This document shows, one piece after another, positions 1 to 12,456 of a stretch of DNA of 64,000 nucleotides (its first letter is position 1; every line of letters starts with the position of its first letter). The DNA lies in contig NW_003314360.1 of NCBI RefSeq assembly GCF_000143415.4, positions 290,284 through 354,283 on the forward strand, in the 5' to 3' direction. The DNA is from Selaginella moellendorffii (Eukaryota > Plantae > Lycopodiophyta). The notes beneath the pieces are model-generated. The model did not search any database, was not told the DNA's origin, and worked only from the letters and a program-made list of their open reading frames with translations. The position numbers and the translations under genes are program-made.

Positions 1-1329
1 CCGGTACTCTGGACAGCTTGTTGGCCTGGGAGAAGAAACTGTACGAAGAAGTTAAGGTAATTTCTCGTGCTTCCTGTTGCCAGTCTTATGTTTAAATGTG
101 TTATGGCAGAATACAGAAGTGATACGAGCTGAGTACCGGAAAAAATGTTCCCCCAAGCTCCAGGAAGAAATGAGCGACGCAACCAGGTCCATGATCAAGA
201 CCTTGTCCACGAAAATTCAGGTGTCGCTGCAGGGTGTGGACACGGCAATCTCGGCCATTAACAAGCTCAAGGAAGACGAGCTTCATACACAACTTGTTCA
301 ACTTATTGAAGGGTATGTACGAGGTTTTGGGTTTCTGTCAATCACTGATTTTCTTAGAACAGGCTAATGAACATGTGGAACGAGCTTTACGATTGTCACC
401 AAAGACAACACAAGATCGCATCGGACATGAAATCCTTAGACCACTGGGGGACTGTGGAGCCGACAACTAACATCCACAGACTAGCAACTTCTCAGCTCGA
501 ACTAGCGCTCGGTGCGTGGCTCGCAGGATTCAACAAGCTCATCTCCGCGCAGCGAGATTACCTCCACAACCTGACGGGCTGGCTTCGACTTAGCAACATG
601 CAGCTCGAGTTGGAATCCGCCAGGGAAACTCCAGGCAGCAAGAAGAAGCAAGCCACGGCAAGGCCGGCGTGGCTGGCGTCCATGCTCCAGCTCTGCCTGG
701 ACTGGAGCTTGGCGCTGGACAGACTGCCAGACAAGGTAGCCTCGGAGTCGATCAAGAGCTTCGAGGCCGTGGTTCACAAGCTGGTGGATCTCCAGAACGA
801 GGAAGTGAAGCACAGGAAGAAGCTGGATGCTGTCTCCAAGGAATTCGACAAGAAGATGGCACGCTTGTCAGCGAGTACGAAGCATCGCAAAGCGAGCCGG
901 GAAGAGCAGCAGCAGCAAGCCACTGACACTCGAAAGGAGAAAGATCCAGACAAAGAGAAGGCGGCGGCGGAGAACGATCCGCCTGGATCAGCTGAAGCGA
1001 CGAACGAAGATAGCAATCTGGTGGAGTCCATCCCGAGCATCCTGCGAGCAGCAGCAAATCGAGGCAGTGGCAAATCGAGGCGGCGGGGCTCTCCCGAGGA
1101 GAGGATGCGTCAGGCTGTGAATTCGATCCAGGCAAAGCTCGAGGAAGAGAAGGAGCGAGTGGCAAAGGTGGTGTTTGACACGAGGGCGACGACCATCAAC
1201 AGCTTACACACGGGATTGCCGAGCATCTTTCAGGCGGTGGCAGGATTCGGTCGCATCTCCCTCCATGCGTATCAGAGCCTCTACTGCCAGGCACACAATG
1301 GCGCTCTCCTCCGGATCACTCAAGCCTAG
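1..1329 (+). CDS. DUF632-domain protein (NRG2/APSR1/REL2-like family), 3' part; 5' end outside window
   Basis: Exons ~1-56, 110-312, 363-1329 joined by GT-AG introns; motifs TLDSLLAWEKKLYEEVK, HRLATSQLE, ALDRLPDKVASESIKSF, T.NSLHTGLPSIFQA typical of DUF632. Confidence 0.9.
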
Positions 1330-2138
1330 GGACGATGACAAGTGTGCCCTAGCGCTAAATAGGGCAAAGGTAGTACTGCCACGTGTATGTAGTACTCATT
1401 GCCACGTGTATGTAGTTATTATTCTAGTTAATATTCTAGTTAATGAATCGCTTTTCCCGCGGTGATTTTCAAATTTTCTTGAGCCCCACTTGTGCGCGGG
1501 GCCTTGAGATCCGGGCAGGGCGGAAGAACCCTAATCGTGCGACACGAATCGAGCGAGGGAGAAAGAGGAGGGGAGAAATTCCTTTCCCATATCTTGCCTC
1601 GCGGAGGAGAGATTTGATTAGATTGAGGAGCCGCCCGTTGCGTGTTGGGTGCGCGCGGATTGATGTGCCCGCATTTAATTAATCCGGTCGCGCAAGGAAG
1701 GGAGAATTTCCCGTTTGTGGGCTTTTGCATCGCGGTGCGCTGCCCGATCTTCGTTTTTTGGCGCTGCCTGGCCGCGCCGCTGACAGCCACTGCCCAGGCA
1801 TTCCTTTCTTTCTTCGCTGGTCTCTCTCTCGTGTTCTGGGGATTTCTATTTCTTGTCTCCATCCAAAGCAGGCACAAGCTCTCGCTTTCGAGGTCACGAT
1901 CGTTGTTTTGGAGTGGAGATCACATTGATAGATAGATAGCTCCCCCCCTTTTTTTTAATCGCGCTCTTGTTCGTGTTCTTCCGGTGATCGATCGATGGAA
2001 ATATCGTGATCCCTGGTTCTCTTCTCCTGGTTCTTGATCGGCTACTCGCTCTTTCTTGTTCGATCGATCGAAATATCGTTTTCCAGCTCTCGAAATACTC
2101 TAGCTCATCGAGCTAGCGAACGATCGATCCATCGAAAG

Positions 2139-4375
2139 ATGGGATGCACGAGCTCCAAGGTCGACAACGAAGAGAAGGTCGCGCGATGCAAGGCCAGGAA
2201 GCGATTCATGAAGCACGCGGTGGCATCGCGGCATCAATTCGCGGCCAGTCACGCTGCGTACGTGCAAGCGCTCAAGAACGTAGGAGCGGCATTCCGGCAG
2301 TTTGGCGAGACCGAGATCCCCGACACGACCTCATCGTCTTCCACCGATCACGACTACAATCCATCGTCTCCAACGACGCCGGACGCTAAGCCGCCGCCTC
2401 GCCCTCTCTTCCTTCCACCGCCATCGCCCAATGATCGCCACGGCCTCAAGCTCGATCCCGCCAGTGTGATTCTCGAGGAAGAGGAGCTCTCGCCGGATCT
2501 CAGCCCCGAGAAGAAGAAGGATCATCGCGTCAAGAACAAGAAGACCGGCGGCGGTAGAGAGGTTCTTCCACCGCCATTGCCACTTGGTAGCGCTCCACCG
2601 CCGCCGCCTCCTCCCAAATCTTCCGCATGGGGCTTTCTCGATCCATTCCAGGAGGACGAAGCCACCGCGGCCGTGGCTGTGGCGGCTGAGACCTTCACTG
2701 TGTCTTCCAAGAGCACCAGCGGCGGCGCTCGCGCGAAGCTGTGGTTTCCAGCGGCGGAGAAGGATCTGGAGCAGCGGTCCAGCGATAACAGCCTGGCGAT
2801 CATCGTGAGGCGATCGGGAAGCAAGGAGCTTGTGGATGTTCTTCGCGAGCTGGACGAGCTTTTCCTCCGGGGCTACCAGAGCGGCAAAGAGGTAGGGAAG
2901 CTGCTCGAGGCGAGGAAGATCCACTACCACTCCAATTTCGTGGAGAATCGAGGTAGGATGCTCGTTCCTGGGGCTAGATTTTCTCTTCTCATCGATCGCT
3001 ACGCGCAGGGTTTGATTCTCACTCCAGCAAGGTTCTCAATGCGATCTCTTGGTCCAACTGGAAGTCGCCGCTCAAACGCAAAACGGAGGAGACGGCGCTC
3101 GCAGTGACCGACGAGGATTTTGGAGCTCACTCGGGCACTCTGGATCGGCTGCTTGTATGGGAGAAGAAGCTCTACGAAGAAATGCGAGTAAGTTTTTTTC
3201 TTCTTGGTTTTGGAAGCTCTTTTGATCGATCGATCGATGGGTTGCCACAGACTGCCGAGGCGAATCGAATCGAGTATGAGAAGAAGTGCGCCCAGCTCCG
3301 GCACCAGGACTCCAAGGGCGACTACAACGAGTCCATCGACAAGACGCGCAACATGATCAAGATGCTCCAGACGAGGATCGTGGTGGCGCTTCAGGGAGTG
3401 GACACTGCCGTGGCGGCCATCATCAAGATCCGCGACGAGGAGCTCTATCCCCAGCTCCTGGAGCTGGAAGAAGGGTATGCCATGCGTGTTCTAGGCTCTT
3501 TGACGAATGGTCGTTTCAGGTTGACTGGAATGTGGGCGGAGCTCTACGCCGTCCACGAGAAGCAGTACGCGGCGGTGAGCCGGATGAGGCCTCTGGATTG
3601 TCTCTTGGGCTCGGTGGAGGCGACGAGCAACATCCATCGCTTGGCAACCTCGCAGCTCGAGGCATCGCTAGACAATTGGTACAGCTGCTTGAACAAGCTC
3701 ATCACCAGCCAGAGGGACTACATGAGGAACCTGTGCGGCTGGGTGCGGCTCTGCGTGATGCCGTTCGAGGACATCAAGGATTCTCCAACTCTGTCGGCTG
3801 GATCATCGACTCCTCCAATCCACGACGTCTGTCTCGAGTGGCACCAGGCTCTGGATCGCCTCCCGGACAAGGTGGCCTTGGAGGCCATCAAGAGCTTCGT
3901 GGCGGTGATCCACAAGATCGTGGAGCTGCAGAACACGGAGCTCCAGCACCGGAAGAAAGTGGAGTCACTCACCAAGGAGATCGACAAGAAGGTGGCCTAC
4001 ATCCAGAACTACGAGAAGAAACACCCCGACTCGGCCTCCACTACCACTGCCACGACGGATCATCACCACCATAGCAATCACCTGGACGAGACCGACGAGC
4101 TCACGGTTCTCCACGACATTCTTCCGCCAAAGAGCCCGCTTGCCGATAGGAGAGCCGCGGTGGATTTGCTCCGGAGGAAGCTGGAAGAGGAGAAGGAGCA
4201 AGTCTCCAAGGCGGTGTATGATACCCGAGCTATGACACTGAATAGCCTCCACACCGGACTCCCCAGCGTGTTCCAGTCGGTGGCCGGCTTTGCGAGCGTT
4301 TGCTCCCAGGCCTTCCAGTTGCTTTACCACAACGCTCGCGTCAACAAGGAGGAAGCTAGCAGCTATTCGCCATGA
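2139..4375 (+). CDS. DUF630/DUF632 protein (NRG2/APSR1/REL2-like), tandem paralog
   Basis: Starts MGCTSSK..CKARKRFMK (DUF630); exons 2139-2952, 3009-3187, 3251-3474, 3520-4375; WEKKLYEE and LDRLPDKVA motifs; the last two intron positions match the upstream paralog. Confidence 0.93.
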
Positions 4376-4445
4376 TCTAGAGGAGGAAGCTCGTAGCTAT
4401 TCGCCATGATCTAGAGGAGGATGCTCGCAGCTATTCGCCAGAGCT
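4349..4445 (+). repeat. ~34-bp tandem repeat spanning the stop codon
   Basis: About 3 units of GGAGGAAGCT(C)G(C/T)AGCTATTCGCCATGATCTAGA. Confidence 0.85.
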
Positions 4446-4640
4446 CGGGGAGGAGGAGGTTTTGCGGCAATCTATTTCACTAGCTATGCTTTCTACTTGT
4501 ATATATGTTGGTGCTCTACGCCATTTTGAATTTAAAGGACTGTTATGAGTATATGCTCTTGAATTCCCGCTTTATTTATCTAGGACTTTTAGCGTTTTTG
4601 TCCAATAGCCTTTTTTCAATCTGGAGGGCTAACGTAGAAC

Positions 4641-5463
4641 GGAAATCTGCTTTTGATCGTAGGTCCGCCAGATTCTGGTAAGTGAGAGAGTTTGCGAGGA
4701 GGCAGCAGGCAAACGGCACTGGTTATTTCCTCTCCACCAACATGCGCGAAGGGAAGTTCAACACTGCCGCTAGTTTCGCTGCGAAGCTCAAGTCTAGGTC
4801 GTCTGGATTTGTAGAGGCTGTCGTCAAGGCGGTCTCTATCCCACCATTAGGGGATCCTGTGACTGATGGCAGGGTAGCAGCCACAGGAGCAGTTGAACAG
4901 GGTTGATCGATCGGATATGATGGCCCCTTGGAGGTCTGAGAGGTCCCTTTGAGAACTGGATAACGTTTGGCAGGAAGCTTTTGCGGAAGCCACTGCTTCC
5001 TTCAATCATCATTGACGAGGCTAATAGGCTGCGGAGCAGATGGACCTCGCAACGCTATTTCATCATGTTGACCAAGGAGGCTAACATAGCCAACGTGATT
5101 CTGCCAGAAACTTTGTCTGCGAGATCACGTGTCTACGATGACAGGAGGAAACATCATTTCATGAGATTGCAGCTGCGTATGATCCTGCAACACTGCCTCG
5201 GAGGTGCACCTCTTTGGACAGGTGGTTACCTAGCCGTGTAGCAGACGACCACTCGGACAGAAGGTGGTGTGGTGAGTGAAGATGAGCTTCTTCATGGACG
5301 CGTTCTCACCAAGGAGGCACTCCTCATCCAGCATAAGTTTCTTCACTTCAGGGAAATGAGACTCTGGGCTAAGGACCTCATGTGGTACAAAGGGCACTGG
5401 CCTGTTGTCATGCTGCTTTCCAAGCCACACTACCATGCGAGTGCATTAAGACAGGTGAAATGA
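4641..5463 (+). pseudogene. Disrupted P-loop NTPase (archaeal-ATPase/AAA-like) pseudogene
   Basis: 4641-4682 reads GNLLLIVGPPDSGK then stop (Walker A); ORF 4981 has PSIIIDEANRL (Walker B); pieces lie in different frames with stops. Confidence 0.6.
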
Positions 5464-5659
5464 ACCGTTAGTGCTTGCTAAAATTGATGCTTTGTGCAGC
5501 CATGCTTTGATTTGCTTTGGTTTTCTCATGAAAACATTTTATGTTTTTTTATGTATTCTACTTGTTTTCAATTTATATATTTATCCACATATAAATTTTC
5601 TTGTTATCTTCATATTTGTAATAGTTTTTCCATGAGTTCTTTTAGTCTTTTATCAATAT

Positions 5660-8600
5660 TAAAGTTTACAATGCCGGATTTTAATACCCATTAAGTTGGT
5701 TTCAATCTAGACCACTTGTTTTTGTATATAAGCTAGATTTTGGGTTAATTGAATATGCACATTTCTATATTCTATATTTGGAGCAAGTGAGGGGCAATTC
5801 TAATTATCCCTGAAGATTGTATGGATTTATGTTTTTTGTTTATATCTAGTTTTTATATTGTTTAAATTTCTCTTCTTTTTTTTTCCTTAAATAACATACT
5901 CTTCCTTTGCAATAGCTTTTTCCTCCTCTAACTCTAGAGTAGCAATTAGTGCAATTGTTCAATGTTTCATAGTTGTAATTGACTCAATTGATGATGGCAT
6001 TCATAATATACAGTGTAACTCCTCTTATCTTCTATAGGAATCATGATATATATCATTTTTCAATCACTTTATAGTGATTACCACTTATCATTTTTGGGAT
6101 GATGCCTTAAATTTCTCACATATCTTTAAAAGATAGCATTGTAATGGTATAATAGTTTAAGCACAACCACTCATATGGATTGGAGCCTTCTTTTGGATAT
6201 CTTCAAACACATATTTAAACATGTTAATTATTATGAGATGTTTTTTAACAATTGTATTATCTATATCAAGGGTTATTTGAGTTAATTATGCAATTTGACA
6301 TTGCTTCTAAGTCTTTTTCTTTATGCAAAGCTAAATATGTCAAAGTAAATCAAATTAAGTATATTGTGGCTAACACTTCCTCAAGATCTTGTGAGATTTG
6401 TCTTTACAACTCTCTTTGATTGACAAAATGGTATAAAATGTCACCTCTCCCATTTTTAGTTACATGTGTTTCAACTCTATTTTCCATAAGAGATAATCTT
6501 GTTATAATAGAAGTTGATACTACTGTTGTTTATGTTCAAGGACAAAGATAAGGTCATGGTTGTGGCCATGATATTCACTATTGAGTATGTAATAAAGTTT
6601 GTCACATACATTAACATTGTTGGCATTTCCCAAATTGATTTCTTGGGTGAAACTTTTGGTTGTAACAATGTCATGTTGGTGTTATTGTAATGGAAGGTCT
6701 TGATATTAAAATTTTTTCAAGAAATGGGAAGTCATATGAGTAGTGAAAGGACTTTGCACAAATAAATCAGTGACCTCTCCATCCTTTTGAAAATACAATC
6801 AAAGGATTTATTTAGCATTAGTTCTTTCTATATTCACTTTCTAATCTCAATTTTGTAACAAAAGGTCCTTCACAATCTTCTTTATGTTGGTTTATATATA
6901 TTTATGTTTATCTTCTATTGCTTAGCTAAAGTGGTTAAAGTGTGTATTTGGATCCAAAGATATAACTTATCTTAGGTACTAAATTTTTTGTGAAGGTTTA
7001 CAAATTAATCTTAATAAACCCTTGGCTATTTTGAAATTCCTTAGTCCAAAGTGTGAATGATGTGTAATGCTTCCTCAACAAAATGCAATATCTTGGTCAT
7101 TTTATTGATCATCTTTTTAATCATATAACACTATTACGAGTGTTGTTAAAATCATTAACATCATCTTTTATTTGGTATAAGGAATGTGAGTAAACATTTG
7201 TAAATCTCAAAAAGTTATTGATGACTCTTCTAATTTTAGCATATCCTAATACACTTAAGTATATGGATACTTTTGATATTGTTCTTGGGGTATGTTGATA
7301 CAAAAGACTATAAGTGTATCTAGTCAACATTATCTTATTATATATATATCAATTGTACTTTATAACTAATAGAGGCAAACTACTCCATGATAAAGGAGCA
7401 TTTAATAATAGTTTAGGGTTTAAACTATGGTTCTCCAACATTACTAAAATGTGTACTTCATTATTAAAGGAGAAAAACAATCATGCTACTCAATGTGCTC
7501 TAAAATTTCATATATATATAATTTCAAATTTATTCATGACCTAGGAATTTTTATAATTGTTGCTACCACCCATTCTCAAGTTTTTTTTTTCTTTCTTCAC
7601 TCTCTTTTCATATTCCTAATAAGCATGTTGTTCTAACATCAATAGATTTTCCAAAAAAGGATTTTATGCTATCAATGGTTACTATACTTGATGTTTAGTT
7701 TCCATAAGGTGTAGAATTTGATTTACCTTCTCTTAACATAGTTCATAAGGTTCAAAAGATTGATAATTATAGATCTGAAAGTTTTGTAATTATTTTGAGA
7801 ATCTTACATCATTTACTGATAACTTATTATTTTAGTATTTACATTCTCAATATTGCCTTGAGGATAACCTTCTTTACTTTATACAAATTGATCTTGATGA
7901 TCATTTCCACCTAATGGTGTTTTTAATTTTTATTCTGCTCTCTCTTCATGCTTACCATGACTTGCCTATTTTTGGTAATTGGAACATTATTGTATAACTA
8001 AAAAGTTGCATAAGTTTTTCTATTGGCTAAAGATGTGATATGATGTTATTTAGTAAATGCATAGTTGCATCTAGTGGCAAATTCATAATCCTCCCCCTTA
8101 TGTTGTAAAAGAACAATTAAAGTTAATTACAACTTCCTATTTATTTGAGTTAATGATATTTGATTTGATAGGCCTTTTCCATGATTGATTGTTAACAATG
8201 AGTATAATATTATTACCTCCAACTACTTGATTTATTGAGTGGAAGTTAGTGCTTTAACTAATGTGTTTACAATTGTTATTAGATACTTCTTCCTATATTG
8301 AATAGTGTTTTAACATTTATGTCTAGAGTAAATTCTCTTAGATAATGATCCTATATTTATGGCTAAGGCATTTTACATTTTAATGTCCTAATTGAGGATA
8401 TATCACACTTTTATAAGTCTTTATTATCCACAGATGGATGGTTTGATAAAAGAACTCATTTAGACTTTCAAAGGGATGATTATAAAGTATTTGAACTTTC
8501 AATATTCAGATTAAGATGGCTTTTTGTTGTCTCTTTGGTATGCATATATCATACAAATACAAAGTTCTATTGATGTTTCACTATTTAAACTTTTATGTAA

Positions 8601-9265
8601 TCATGATCCAATATTGTTAATAGAGTTGAATTTACCTTTGTGATTGTTATAAGTTGTCAATTTTAGGTCCTAAGATTAGTATTTGACAAACATTCTTCCT
8701 TTAGTTCAAGTAGAGTTTGTTGAATGAACACTTAGGCTATGTATAAATAGAACAACAACAACACTACAACTCTTATCATCATCCACTTATAAAGTACAAA
8801 ATAAATGATTTAATACTAGTTTATTTTCCTAATTTTACGGTATATGGTTTATATAAAAGGCTTTTTGCTTAGTGGAAGAGACCATATTAAGTGTTATAAC
8901 AAGTTGAACTGAAAATTTATGAAATTTAACATGACATTCAATAGGTTAATCCTCCAAAAATTATGTATATACAATGGTTAAAGCACTTTATACAAAAGGA
9001 TCAAGAATAAATAACACTATCTATAAATCGACTAGTATCATTTCTTAATGTTCTTGTAGATCCTAGCCTATTAATTAAAGAATCCTATCAACCTTTCATC
9101 TTTTTGAAAAAAAGGGAATGATGTAAGGTCTAGTGAGTATAACTAAAATGTTATATATGATTATTAGCATAATGAAATTTGTATAGCTATTAGACTGGTT
9201 TCAATATAGACCACTTTATATAGAAGCTAGGGTTTTGGCTTTAATATGTACATTTTTTGTATTTA
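5660..9265 (+). mobile_element. Highly decayed Ty3/Gypsy LTR retrotransposon (family A, copy 1)
   Basis: Similar LTR segments at ~5690-5770 and 9122-9260 (purine tract then TGTAAGG at 9122); internal sequence collinear with 46160-47560 and 58540-58820; very AT-rich, no open frame. Confidence 0.75.
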
Positions 9266-9635
9266 TTTATTTTTATTTAATTTTCAATTTTATTTTAAAT
9301 ATTTATAAATTATTGGAACAAAGACATAATATATTCTTTGAAAAAAACAACAGATTAGTAAAACTAGCTGATGCAGTTTTGTACTATGAATATATTAACT
9401 TACGATAACTAATAATAAAAATGAACTACAAATACTATAGATAGTACCACCACAAAATTCACTACAACAGACCATAGAAGGACCAAATTAACATATAAAA
9501 GAATAATGATTATAAAAAAACCTAAGAATAAAATTAAATTTATATTCATATCAATCATAAAACATTTTAGCTCATATAAATATAAAGAAAAGTAATCATA
9601 CAAAAAAGGGTAAGGTTTAACTTTCATAAATTTAA

Positions 9636-10720
9636 TATAAGCAACTAACTTTTCCATTTTACTTTAGTCATTTATCCCACCAAAGACCACTTAGAAAAGT
9701 TTCACTCACAACTTCTTAGTCACCTAAAGATACTATTAACATACCAAGCTTTTATACTAAAACCCCATTCTCACTATCTTATTAGTAATTGAAGATCATT
9801 CATACTATGGTCATGTCTTTTAAAGATTAAACTATCCGTTCATAAGTGCTCATTGTATAACCACTCTTTAACATTTAATACCCCAAGAGATAGGGAAATA
9901 TTCATTATCCTCTAATATCCTTTATTTGATCTCACAAAGTTCCTCTTCATCCATGGTAGTGTTCATTAACATTGCTATTAGATCAAGGCCTAAAAACCCA
10001 TCTAGTATATCCCATTAATCTTTCAGACTTTCTTACCACATAATTATACTTTTAGTTATTAAGTAAGAAGACCATTCTTTTTTCTTTCCACAATCAAGGA
10101 TTTTAGGATGACATTTCAAAACACTACAGTCTAATATGAGCCTTATGAGTACTGTCCTCATTTTTTGCCACTAGAGTGCCCTAACCATATAAGTAGAGTG
10201 AGATTTTAATGAACCACGTAAGGTATCTAAGTAGGTAGTGTGACCCATATTTAAATTGAGAGCATTGACCATTTAATCTCCCAAATAAACTTTTGAACGC
10301 TTCATTAAATCACTTTATTTATCCATATGTATTTACTTTAGCATTGGATTCCTCAATATTTATATTATGCCCTCCCCCTATTATCCTATAAAGATATATG
10401 AAACCTCTTAGGGTTTGGGAGACAAACAAGCTTTTACCCTTCGAATCTAAAACCTATTCTCAAACCTAATCTTAGACTCAATCTTGGACTTAATCTCTCA
10501 TACTCAATCTCAAACCTATCTTGGATTGATTTTCTAAAGATTCTAAAGATTTTAAAGATTCACTTATCCATCATTTTGTGATTGTTCCTCAAGCATTTCT
10601 TTAAAAATTCCACTTTCACTCTTGACTTTTCAAATTGAAGCTTTTGATCCAAATATATTCACTTATTGAATTTTTGTTATGGCCACTTTTAGCTGACTTA
10701 GGAAGCATTCTTAAGGGATA
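9636..10720. mobile_element. Decayed solo-LTR relative of the 52924-54546 element
   Basis: Start TATAAGCAACTAACTTTTCCATTTTACTTTAGTCA matches 52924 TGTAAGCGACTAAATTTTCCATTCTACTTTAGTCA; further matches 10210-10270 to 53585-53645 and 10640-10690 to 54440-54490. Confidence 0.75.
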
Positions 10721-11887
10721 TTTTAATTTTTCTTTTATAAATGGATAAGTTTTCCATCATTTACATAAAGTGAACTCCTTAGGATTTAAACAACAAAAAA
10801 TGATCACAGTCATTGACTAGTTTCTCAACTAGCTCAAGTGGGAACTAATAATGAGTCCAACAATATCAACCTTCTTGACAAAATAAAAAGGAATTTTATT
10901 TAGATAATATATTTTTGTTTCTAGTATTGAGATTCATTGACTTAGCTATTTTTTATTTCTCCTTTTATTCATTTTATAATTATATATACTTTAGCTAGCT
11001 CATTGACTCTGTAAAAGGAAAATAAGATCATAAAAGAATATTCAACTTACTGGCAAGGTTTTTGAAAATTTTGAAAGGAAACACAAAAGTTTAACATTGA
11101 GATACTCAAATTTTTACCTAGCTTAATTCCTAAAGCTGCTTAACCTGTTAGATTCCCATGGAGTCCAAGAGGAGTAAGAGACCTCTTGTTGCAGGATTGG
11201 GACAACTCTCCACTTGCTTCGAAATATAAAATGAATAATATGACAAGTGGAAACAGAAGAAAAAACAAACCATCCAAATCTGATTATACCTATCTTCAAG
11301 ATGTCTACAAAAAGTTAAAGCATCACTAGAAAAACATACCTAATACTCACCTCAAACAAGGATTCAATGTTCAGCCTGATCCAAAGACAGTACCTTATTG
11401 CTTCTAGGTGCCAAACGACGAAATGAATGGAACATTTCCAGAGGCAGTAGCAGCAAGGCACACACTCAGAGAATTTCGCTGCTTGCTGCCTTGTCCACTC
11501 ATTGTCACGCCTGTCCAATAGCTCGCTTGGAGATAGAGATCAAACCTTGGAGGTTTTCTCTTTCCATCATAATCTCTATAGAAGAACGTTGCTCAGACGA
11601 GATACTTGTTGCACAGCACCACTACCCACACCTGGCCTCGAGAATCTGTGAAACCTTTAGAAGATCTTGAGAAAAAATGAATGGAAAGTGAGGCGAGAGC
11701 TTACTCGCATCATGCACTAGGATAAGACCGCCAATGAGGAGGAGCGCCAACGCCATTCTCTAGCATGTTATGTGGCACATCACTTGCCACATAAGCCAAG
11801 ATTGCCAGTCTGTGAAAACATTTCTTATAATTATATCATTGAAGTTTTATTAATATTGAATGAGAAATCGAGGATTTCTCTAGTGTC

Positions 11888-12425
11888 AGATCATCACCAC
11901 CATAGCAGCAGTAGCAATCACCTAGATGACACCAACAAGCTGACCTTCACAGCTCCAAAGAGCCTGCTAGGAGAGCTGTGGTGGATTTACTCAGGAGGAA
12001 GCTGGAAGAGGAGAAGGAGCAACTTTCCAAGGCAGTGTATGATACCAAAGCTATGACACTGAACAGCCTTCACACGGGTCTCCCCAGCGTGTTCCAGTTG
12101 TTGTCGGGCTTCAAAAGCATTTGCTCCCAGGCCTCCCAGTTGCTCTACCACAACACTCGTGACATTCAACAAGGAGGAAGCTAGTGCCATGATCTAGAGA
12201 AGGAAGCTTGTAATGATCCAGAGGAAGGTTGCAGCTATTCACCATGGTCTAGAGAAGAAAGCTCGCAGCTATTCACCGTATTCTCGAGGAGGAAGTTCGC
12301 ATCTATTCGCCATGATCTAGAGCTCAAGGAGGAGGAGTTTTTGCCACAATCTGTTTCACTAGCTAAGTAAATGTTATGAGTATATACTCACGAATAAGCA
12401 AATCTTCCCGCTTTATTTTATCTAG
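11888..12425 (+). pseudogene. Duplicated 3' fragment and 3' flank of the DUF632 gene
   Basis: Encodes VDLLRRKLEEEKEQLSKAVYDTKAMTLNSLHTGLPSVFQ, near-identical to 4160-4350, with deletions; the downstream tandem repeat and 3' flank are also copied. Confidence 0.9.
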
Positions 12426-12456
12426 GGTTCTTGGGATAGGGTTTTGGGGAGCTCCG

